Virus record (IMG/VR): IMGVR_UViG_3300043394_000364
Location: 1-35,294 of that record
DNA length: 35,294 bases
Direction: 5' to 3' (one strand)
Source: a virus
Lineage: Duplodnaviria > Caudoviricetes
Every line of letters begins with the position of its first letter. Position 1 is the first letter of the stretch. The notes below the pieces were generated by a model, which was given only the letters and a program-made list of their open reading frames with translations, was not told the DNA's origin and searched no databases. The position numbers and the translations under genes were made by a program. Positions 1-5,981 of the stretch are shown one piece after another.

Positions 1-92
1 AAGATGCCGCGCACTTCGGTCAACTGTTGTTCGGTTGCCCTGCGCTCGCGGAAAGCCCGCTGGCGTTCTGCGTTGGTCTTGGCTGCGCTCAT
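1..92 (-). CDS. Small basic protein, possibly ribbon-helix-helix-like DNA-binding (partial, runs off the left edge)
   Basis: Read manually: MSAAKTNAERQRAFRERRATEQQLTEVRGI...; its ATG overlaps the stop of the upstream ORF (ATGA). The NAERQRAFRER pattern is common in small phage DNA-binding proteins. Confidence 0.55.
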   Translation of the reverse strand, partial: MSAAKTNAERQRAFRERRATEQQLTEVRGI

Positions 93-343
93 AGTGATTT
101 GCAGGCTTCGCATGGGGCATCAATTAGCCCTGAGCCGTTGCTGCTGGTTGTCACGGTTTTAGTGCCGTTGCAAGCCCCGCACTCAGGCGCATCTACATTT
201 GGCTTGTACGGCGCTGCCACGTCCGCACCAAGCACACCAAGCGCCAGCAGCGCGTCGTGGCGCGTGGCGCCGCCCTCATCCCAGCGGTGGGTGCGCTGCA
301 CATAGTCAAGCAGCGTGGCAAGGGCCTGTGCGGCCCCGCTCAC
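89..343 (-). CDS. Hypothetical protein with C-terminal CxxC...CxxC zinc-finger-like motif
   Basis: ORF 89..367; a GTG start at 343 overlaps the upstream stop (GTGA). Contains CGACNG...CEAC. Confidence 0.55.
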   Translation of the reverse strand: MSGAAQALATLLDYVQRTHRWDEGGATRHDALLALGVLGADVAAPYKPNVDAPECGACNGTKTVTTSSNGSGLIDAPCEACKSL

Positions 344-492
344 AGTTGCTCTGCCTTCATCGTCCACTGGTCTGCAGGGTACAGGCTGTTGTGGGTGTCA
401 ACCTTGCGCTGTCCCCATTCGCGGCTTAGTTCGTCGTGGGCTTCAATCAGGGCGCCTGTGTTGACGTTGCGGATAATGTAGAAGGTTTCCAT
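340..492 (-). CDS. Small hypothetical protein (50 aa, METFYIIRNVNTG...)
   Basis: ATG at 492 preceded by GGAG; first gene after the promoter at 527-554. Confidence 0.6.
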   Translation of the reverse strand: METFYIIRNVNTGALIEAHDELSREWGQRKVDTHNSLYPADQWTMKAEQL

Positions 493-526
493 TTGCTTGC
501 TCCGGGTTGGTGTGTCGATGGAATGA

Positions 527-554
527 ACTATAGCACCGTTACGCGTAACGTCAA
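527..554 (-). promoter_or_regulatory. Leftward sigma70-type promoter with palindromic operator in the spacer
   Basis: Minus strand TTGACG-16nt-TATAGT with extended TGn; perfect 14-bp palindrome CGTTACGCGTAACG at 537-550. Confidence 0.7.
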
Positions 555-626
555 GGGGGGCAGGCAACTATTTTTCACTGTTACATCTGCCATCGGCGGG
601 CCTGCAGCGCAAGCATGCAACCAGCG

Positions 627-698
627 CCCTAACCCCCGCTCAAACCGAGCCCTTACGGCCCTGCGGGCCTTCAGGTCCGGTTTAGCTTTACGTTAGGC
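627..698 (+). mobile_element. Integron attC-like recombination site (attC-1, slightly degenerate)
   Basis: R'' CCCTAAC, 4-nt spacer, L'' GCTCAAAC with extra C, inner hairpin GGCCC-TGC-GGGCC, L' GTTTAGC, 5-nt spacer, R' GTTAGGC; 72 bp. Confidence 0.75.
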
Positions 699-703
699 GT
701 CTT

Positions 704-1183
704 TCAGCGCTCACACAGCGGGTTGTCGCCTGGCTTGTGGTAGCAGCCGCAGCCGCTGCATAGGCCCATGCTGCATTTAGCGCGCGCCACGCCCAACGCC
801 CGCAGCTTCGCATCGATATCAGCCACCGGCTCGCGCATGAAGTCAATGCTGATTCCTTGTTCTTGCCCGAAAGCCTCGCCGTCGTCCATGTAGGTGTGCG
901 GCATCGCCACTCGGGCAGCTAGCAGGCGGCGCAGGTGGCGCTCATCAGCGCTTGCTGGCATGCCGTGGCGTTCCAGGCGCCACACTGCGCAGCGCTCGCA
1001 CTCTGGCTTGCCGGAGCACTCCGTCAGACCGCAGGCACTGGCGCGCTCCGGTGCATCACTGGTCAGCATGTATGGCTTGCCGCCCAGCCAGTGAACACCC
1101 AGCGCGCCAGCGTCCGTGCGCTTCGGCTCCAGCCGCCCAACCAGGCAGTCAACCGGAGCTTCGCCGGCAGCATTCGAGTCCAT
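704..1183 (-). CDS. Cys-rich hypothetical protein lying between two attC-like sites (putative cassette gene)
   Basis: 159-aa ORF with AAGGAG RBS. The stop lies a few nt from attC-1 and the start lies inside attC-2. Confidence 0.7.
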   Translation of the reverse strand: MDSNAAGEAPVDCLVGRLEPKRTDAGALGVHWLGGKPYMLTSDAPERASACGLTECSGKPECERCAVWRLERHGMPASADERHLRRLLAARVAMPHTYMDDGEAFGQEQGISIDFMREPVADIDAKLRALGVARAKCSMGLCSGCGCYHKPGDNPLCER

Positions 1184-1225
1184 CGTTACTCCTTCGGGCT
1201 CAGCCCGGTTACCGCCACGTTGGGC
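1135..1225 (+). mobile_element. Integron attC-like recombination site (attC-2, canonical geometry)
   Basis: R'' GCCCAAC, 5 nt, L'' AGTCAACC (extra C), GG[A]GCT (extra A) ... AGCCC, L' GGTTACC, 5 nt, R' GTTGGGC; R''/R' perfectly complementary; 91 bp. Confidence 0.85.
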
Positions 1226-1257
1226 GGTTGTTTGTGGCGCGTGATCGGAACCGCGCC

Positions 1258-1713
1258 CTAAAACGGGATGTCGTCGTCCATGTCGTCAAACGCAGCGGCT
1301 TTGCGGGGCGATGGCGGTGCAGGCGCACGCGAGACGGGCGCGCTTCGTTGCGCTGGTGCAGGCGCGGCGCCCTTGTCTTCACCGCTGCCAAGCAACACAA
1401 GCTCGGTCGCCATGATCTCGGTGGTGTAGCGCTCGACGCCGTCTTTGTCGGTCCACTTGCGGGTTTTCAGGCGGCCTTCGATGTAGACCTGCTTGCCCTT
1501 CTTAACGTACTCGCCAGCCACCTCTGCCAGGCGCTCGAAAAGGGCGACGCGGTGCCATTCCGTCTCCTCCTGGCGCTCTCCGCTGGTCTTGTCCTTCCAA
1601 CTGCGGCTCGTGGCCACCGATAGGTTGCAGATGGCCGCGCCTCCGGTCGCATATCGCAACTCAGGATCCTTGCCAACGCGCCCAAGGATGGTCACTCTAT
1701 TCACACTGCTCAT
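1258..1713 (-). CDS. ssb: Single-stranded DNA-binding protein
   Basis: SVNRVTILGRVGKDPELRY...TEWHRV...EGRLKTRKW; acidic DDDIPF tail. Confidence 0.97.
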   Translation of the reverse strand: MSSVNRVTILGRVGKDPELRYATGGAAICNLSVATSRSWKDKTSGERQEETEWHRVALFERLAEVAGEYVKKGKQVYIEGRLKTRKWTDKDGVERYTTEIMATELVLLGSGEDKGAAPAPAQRSAPVSRAPAPPSPRKAAAFDDMDDDIPF

Positions 1714-2336
1714 GATGGCTCCAGGGTTGTCATGATTTCAAATGCGGCATCCACGTCAGACAGGAAGGCGCGCGCGGCTTCTTCAACCTTGGCCACCTCC
1801 TCAAGCGCTGGTGTGAAGCGGCGAATGAACAGGGCGCGCGGCCCCTTGACGCGGGGGTCGAAGGACACAAAGTCCACCCACTTGCGGCCAGTGCAGGCTA
1901 GCTGGGCCAGCATCTGCGGCTTGTGCTCCTCTGGGACTTCGCCGGCCAGCGTCCAGGCCACATGCTTGGACGTGGTTGGGCACTTGACTTCGATCAATCC
2001 CTCGTCCTCCACAAGCCCATCAGGCGATGCGCCAAAGTTGTCGATGTCGAAGTGGTCGAAGAAGAAACAATCCGCCACCGTTCGGCCCGTGACGTTGCGA
2101 TAGGCGGCCTTGGCTAGCGGCTCGTGGTCGATCCCCCACTGCATCGGGGGGGACACGTGGTGGGGCACGATTACATCCGTCATGCGCTCGGCCACGAGGT
2201 CGAGGAGGTATTTGCGGCGCGTCTCCGAAGGCTTGCCGCCTCGCCCATTCGTGAGCACGTCGGCCATTCGTGATGCTGTCAGCTTGCCCGTGCGGGCAGC
2301 GAACCATCCCGCGCTGCCTTGGAGATTCTCGCTCAT
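1710..2336 (-). CDS. YqaJ/lambda-exonuclease family protein
   Basis: WFAARTGKLTAS, MQWGIDHEP, GASPDGLV, IEVKCP, QMLAQL motifs. Confidence 0.93.
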   Translation of the reverse strand: MSENLQGSAGWFAARTGKLTASRMADVLTNGRGGKPSETRRKYLLDLVAERMTDVIVPHHVSPPMQWGIDHEPLAKAAYRNVTGRTVADCFFFDHFDIDNFGASPDGLVEDEGLIEVKCPTTSKHVAWTLAGEVPEEHKPQMLAQLACTGRKWVDFVSFDPRVKGPRALFIRRFTPALEEVAKVEEAARAFLSDVDAAFEIMTTLEPS

Positions 2337-2989
2337 GGCTGCGCCGCTTCGATCGCTGCCAGCGCCTTCAGCCGCTCGTCCTTGGCGGCCTTGAGCACGG
2401 CGTATGCGGCGCCATCCTGCGCAGCGCGCGCGGCGTGGTCGGCCTCAGCCCACTCCGTGCGCAGCAGGTCACGCGATTCGGCGCGCAGCAGCCGGGCCTT
2501 AAACCGAGCCACATCGGCTGGCGGCATGGGCGGCGTCTCGGCCCCCTCGCCGTCGCCGCCTGCCTCCGGGTCCATCGCCATCGTTGGCACCACGAACTGT
2601 TGAAACAGGGCCGTGCGGAAAGCGACCGACTGCGCCTTGGTCATTGCCTTGTCGCCGCTGTCCATCGCTTCGCCGTAGCAAGCGCAATCAACGAAAGATC
2701 CGTCCTCAGCGCTGGCGAACCGGAACACGCCACGCACCAAGGCAAACCGGGTCGCCTTGCCATCAGCCGGCGCACCCTTGACCCGCTCCACAAACTGCGC
2801 CTCGCTGTAGGTGGGCGTGACTGTGATCTTGTGCGCGATGAGGATCGCTGACATCTGATTCATGGCGGCCTCAATTCCCCGGTACTGCACGGCTGCGCCG
2901 CCAAGCGATGCAGACTTGTCCTTCGCGATGCCGGTCTTTGCGATGTCGGCCATCGCCCGGTTGATCGCGGCATGAATTGCCGTAGTCAT
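2333..2989 (-). CDS. erf: ERF-family single-strand annealing recombinase
   Basis: Start at ATG 2989 (MTTAIHAAI); YRGIE...YGEAMDSGDKAMTKAQSVAFRTAL motif; adjacent to exonuclease and ssb. Confidence 0.85.
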   Translation of the reverse strand: MTTAIHAAINRAMADIAKTGIAKDKSASLGGAAVQYRGIEAAMNQMSAILIAHKITVTPTYSEAQFVERVKGAPADGKATRFALVRGVFRFASAEDGSFVDCACYGEAMDSGDKAMTKAQSVAFRTALFQQFVVPTMAMDPEAGGDGEGAETPPMPPADVARFKARLLRAESRDLLRTEWAEADHAARAAQDGAAYAVLKAAKDERLKALAAIEAAQP

Positions 2990-3126
2990 TTGGCCCCCGT
3001 TGAAGCGATCATGCTGAATGAAAGCACCGCCCACGCGATGATGCAAACTCCTATCACCACCAGGCGCCAGACGCCAGATGCGTCTTTGTCTCTCGGAACC
3101 TTTGGCATGTCGTCCTCGCTCATCAT
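2986..3126 (-). CDS. Small single-TM membrane protein (46 aa)
   Basis: Read manually: MMSEDDMPK...VWRLVVIGVCIIAWAVLSFSMIA; start/stop overlaps at both ends. Confidence 0.55.
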   Translation of the reverse strand: MMSEDDMPKVPRDKDASGVWRLVVIGVCIIAWAVLSFSMIASTGAK

Positions 3127-3296
3127 CAGTGACGTGTGGTCTTGCGCTGCACGCGGTTGCGCGGCTCAAGGACCCAGCCCTTTTCGGACTGTTTAAGCAC
3201 CTTGATGCTGGCCACAAGTTGCGCCTGCAACGCTGGGCTCTTGGGCCACTGCTTCTGTGCGTGCGCCCACAGGTCGGCGACTTCGGTTTTTGTCAT
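3126..3296 (-). CDS. Hypothetical protein (MTKTEVADLW...)
   Basis: C-terminal part of ORF 3126..3362; TGATG coupling with neighbours. Confidence 0.55.
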   Translation of the reverse strand: MTKTEVADLWAHAQKQWPKSPALQAQLVASIKVLKQSEKGWVLEPRNRVQRKTTRH

Positions 3297-3400
3297 CACA
3301 GCTTCCCAAAGATGATTGCGAGGGCGACAGCGGCGCCAATCGCCACCATCACGAATTCCCACGGGCTTTCGCCGTGGCTGTTGAGTCTGGGCGGGCGCAT
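3296..3400 (-). CDS. Small single-TM peptide (34 aa)
   Basis: Read manually: MRPPRLNSHGESPWEFVMVAIGAAVALAIIFGKL; TGATG overlaps both sides. Confidence 0.45.
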   Translation of the reverse strand: MRPPRLNSHGESPWEFVMVAIGAAVALAIIFGKL

Positions 3401-4074
3401 CACTGGTCGCGCTCGCTGTAGAAGTCCATCACCGCGCGCTTTTCAATCCGCTCACGCACATCCCGGCACTTCATGATTTGCGCGTTGTGCCTACGCATGG
3501 CGCGGGCGCAAAGCTCGTTCAGGCCTCGATCAGCAGCGCGCCCGGCCAGCGTCAGAGCATCGCCAGCGTTCAGGGTGTTGATGTCGCCCTCTCCATCGCC
3601 CTGATAGTCGTCCGGGTCGATGCTGCGATTTGTTCCGCGCTGGTTGGCGTCGCCGTACAGATCCAGGCTTTCGATGGGCGTTTCGTCGGCCAGCCACTCT
3701 TCGTGGAACCAGCGCGTTCCGACATCTTCGGCGTTCGATTCGAACCACGCTTGGAATTCGTCATTCCGGTGATCGCAGTACATTTCGGCGGCGTGCCTGT
3801 CGATGCGGTCCGCAGCGGCTTCGCGGTTCACACGGGCGACCCACTCGTCCACCGTCTCGCACTTGCCTGTGCGCTCCAAGTCACGGCGGGCTGCCTTGGC
3901 GCGGCGTGCCTTGTGCGCCGCTTCCTGGGCTTCTTTGGCTTCTTTGGCTTCTTTGACCAGACCTTGGTAGTGCACGACCGTGGCCGTGAGGTCGCCGAAC
4001 GGCGTCAATCCGGCCAGCCGATTCCTGACATCGGCGGCGGCCTGGTTCTCTGCTGCACCCATCTTGCTCTCCAC
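3400..4074 (-). CDS. Hypothetical early protein, first gene of the PL operon
   Basis: 224-aa ORF just downstream of PL; the real start may be ATG 4062 (GGAG upstream). Confidence 0.7.
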   Translation of the reverse strand: MESKMGAAENQAAADVRNRLAGLTPFGDLTATVVHYQGLVKEAKEAKEAQEAAHKARRAKAARRDLERTGKCETVDEWVARVNREAAADRIDRHAAEMYCDHRNDEFQAWFESNAEDVGTRWFHEEWLADETPIESLDLYGDANQRGTNRSIDPDDYQGDGEGDINTLNAGDALTLAGRAADRGLNELCARAMRRHNAQIMKCRDVRERIEKRAVMDFYSERDQ

Positions 4075-4102
4075 CCCTGAAGACGTTCAGGGCATGGAAA
4101 GA

Positions 4103-4145
4103 AGTCTATAGACAGTAGACAGAGACTGTCAAGCTTAAATAGACA
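4103..4145 (-). promoter_or_regulatory. PL promoter with operators OL1 (4103-4121) and OL2 (4127-4145)
   Basis: Minus strand TTGACA-18-TAGACT; AGTCTA-N7-TAGACA and TGTCAA-N7-TAGACA. Confidence 0.85.
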
Positions 4146-4193
4146 GACTGGGGAAAACACCTACAATAAAAGCACACCACAAATGCTGCCCAG

Positions 4194-4349
4194 CTATCGC
4201 AGAGAGAGCGCGAGAGCTATGCCTGTGCACGCGACGATCACCCAGGCAACAAACTCGAAAGCGGTTTTCAGTCGCTTGGTGTTGGTGTTCAGGTTCGTCA
4301 ACTGATCAAGAATCTTGAGCTGGACCTGGGCGAACTCGTCAGAGGTCAT
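4194..4349 (-). CDS. Small membrane protein downstream of the repressor gene (51 aa)
   Basis: Read manually: MTSDEFAQVQLKILDQLTNLNTNTKRLKTAFEFVAWVIVACTGIALALSLR; C-terminal hydrophobic helix. Confidence 0.5.
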   Translation of the reverse strand: MTSDEFAQVQLKILDQLTNLNTNTKRLKTAFEFVAWVIVACTGIALALSLR

Positions 4350-4443
4350 TGGTTTGGGGGCGCTGGAGTGTGTGAGCCGTCAGCAAAGTTGGTGATGCCG
4401 GCCATCCTTCGGGGCGCGAAAGTGTAAATGCGGGCAGACTTTC

Positions 4444-4749
4444 CTACGCGGCCGCCCGCTTTCCGACATCTGGCGCCGGCGCATCGAAGTGCCTACGAAT
4501 GATCTCTGAGGCGTCTTTGGCGGCCAGATCTCCAGCAAGCATGTAGTGCAGAGGCGCCCCATAGAGGCGAGCCAGCCTGAAAGCCTGGCCGATGTCAACA
4601 GGGTTCAAGCCGGTTTCCCAATGGCCAACGGTTCCATGAGACACGTCTAGCAGCTTGGCAGCAGCGCGGATTGATAGCCCCTTGGCGATTCTGGCGTCCC
4701 TCATTCGACGCCCGGCAGCGCGCACGAATTCAGCAGTAACAGCATCCAT
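4444..4749 (-). CDS. CI-like repressor, XRE HTH only (101 aa)
   Basis: RMRDARIAKGLSIRAAAKLLDVSHGTVGHWETG; divergent from cro; start set at ATG 4749. Confidence 0.85.
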   Translation of the reverse strand: MDAVTAEFVRAAGRRMRDARIAKGLSIRAAAKLLDVSHGTVGHWETGLNPVDIGQAFRLARLYGAPLHYMLAGDLAAKDASEIIRRHFDAPAPDVGKRAAA

Positions 4750-4780
4750 ACCGCCACGGTAGACGCTGGCGGAATCCACC

Positions 4781-4823
4781 TGTCTAGCATCGATTGACAC
4801 ATCATGTCTATCTGCAATAGACT
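4781..4823 (+). promoter_or_regulatory. PR promoter with operators OR2 (4781-4799) and OR1 (4805-4823)
   Basis: TTGACA(4794)-18-TAGACT(4818); TGTCTA-N7-TTGACA and TGTCTA-N7-TAGACT. Confidence 0.85.
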
Positions 4824-4829
4824 GTGGCG

Positions 4830-5078
4830 ATGACGAACGATCCAGACCCGGAGAGGAGCGCACTTCAACGTGCAGCCTCGCTACTTGGCGGGCAAGCAGC
4901 GCTTGCGAGCGCGTGCGGCTATAGCGACAGGCGGGCCGTGTGGCCATGGTTCCAGCCTGGACGACGGGTGCCGCCTGAGAAGTGCCCAGCAATCGAGAGG
5001 GCGACAAACGCGGCTGTGAGATGCGAAGAGCTGCGCCCTGATGTCGATTGGGCCGTGCTGCGCAAGCGCCGTGCCTGA
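4830..5078 (+). CDS. cro: Cro/YdaS-family transcriptional regulator
   Basis: GGQAALASACG...VPPEKCPAIERATNAAVRCEELRPDVDWAVLR; position opposite the repressor. Confidence 0.88.
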   Translation: MTNDPDPERSALQRAASLLGGQAALASACGYSDRRAVWPWFQPGRRVPPEKCPAIERATNAAVRCEELRPDVDWAVLRKRRA

Positions 5079-5296
5079 GCCATGCCAGTTTTCGGCGTGC
5101 GGTCACTGCTGCAAAGGGGCGTCCCTCCCGCCCTGGCAGTGCCTTTTGCGCCCACCGCAGAGTGTCTGCGGGTTTTTACAACTGTGACCATGCGGACAAA
5201 TGTGCAACCGCATGTGACACCACATAACCCCCCGTTCGCGGGGTCAACCCGGGCGCATCCCTAAACCTGCGGACGCCCACAACCTGGAGAGGGACC

Positions 5297-5542
5297 ATGC
5301 AAACACAACAACAACACCAAGTCCTTGGGGTGCGCCCCGGGGCACTGCTCACGCTGGCCGGTGGCTCGCATGTTGAGGTTGCGGACTACGGTATTGACGA
5401 GGACGACCGGCCCGTCGTGATGCTGCGCAACGTCACAAAGCACGGCAATTACAAGGGCGAGGCTTGGCCAATGCGGCTCACGGCGCTGCGTGCAAACCTG
5501 GCAGCGGCAACACAGCGTTTCGCGCGGGGGATGGCGCGATGA
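5297..5542 (+). CDS. Hypothetical protein
   Basis: 81 aa with GGAGAGG RBS. Confidence 0.6.
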   Translation: MQTQQQHQVLGVRPGALLTLAGGSHVEVADYGIDEDDRPVVMLRNVTKHGNYKGEAWPMRLTALRANLAAATQRFARGMAR

Positions 5543-5781
5543 AAGCGCAGCCGCTACCACCAGGGCAAAGCTACAGCATCGGGTGGCCGCCTAGGCGCGC
5601 TGAGGCCATCGCAGCTGCGGCGCCGCAGCCTGGCCACAGGTCGAAGGCAGAGCTGATGGCCAAGGCCAAAAAGCAGGCAGGCCCGCGCGAAGGCAACGCG
5701 TTTGACTCGCACAAGCAAATCATGCCCGGCACGCCCACGCATCCGGTGCCGGAGAGCGTCATAAAGGGGGGCGGGAAATGA
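5539..5781 (+). CDS. Hypothetical protein (MKAQPLPPG...)
   Basis: ATGA overlaps at both ends. Confidence 0.55.
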   Translation: MKAQPLPPGQSYSIGWPPRRAEAIAAAAPQPGHRSKAELMAKAKKQAGPREGNAFDSHKQIMPGTPTHPVPESVIKGGGK

Positions 5782-5981
5782 GCGCCGCCGACAACCCGAC
5801 GACAGACGCCGCGCGCCTGAAGGCCGTCGAATCCACGCTGGCCGACATGGCCGCAGCCATCGCAGCCATGGCCCAGTCCCAGCAAGCCATGGCGTTTGCG
5901 ATGCAGCAGCAGCACGAGTTCCTCCAGCGCATGGCCGACATGGAAGCGGCCGACATGGCGGGCGAGGGCGGGACACACTGA
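5778..5981 (+). CDS. Hypothetical coiled-coil protein
   Basis: 67 aa, coupled to neighbours. Confidence 0.6.
   Translation: MSAADNPTTDAARLKAVESTLADMAAAIAAMAQSQQAMAFAMQQQHEFLQRMADMEAADMAGEGGTH

Noticed and set aside
791-830. GCCCAAC resembling a third attC R'' box
   Set aside because: No L'' box at the right spacing and no matching L'/GTT arm; it lies mid-ORF.
2990-3217. N-terminal extension of the ERF ORF
   Set aside because: Region is better explained by coupled small ORFs; ERF similarity starts at MTTAIH.
4750-5106. N-terminal extension of the repressor ORF (4444..5106 in the track)
   Set aside because: It would overlap OR and the whole cro gene; the HTH begins after ATG 4749.
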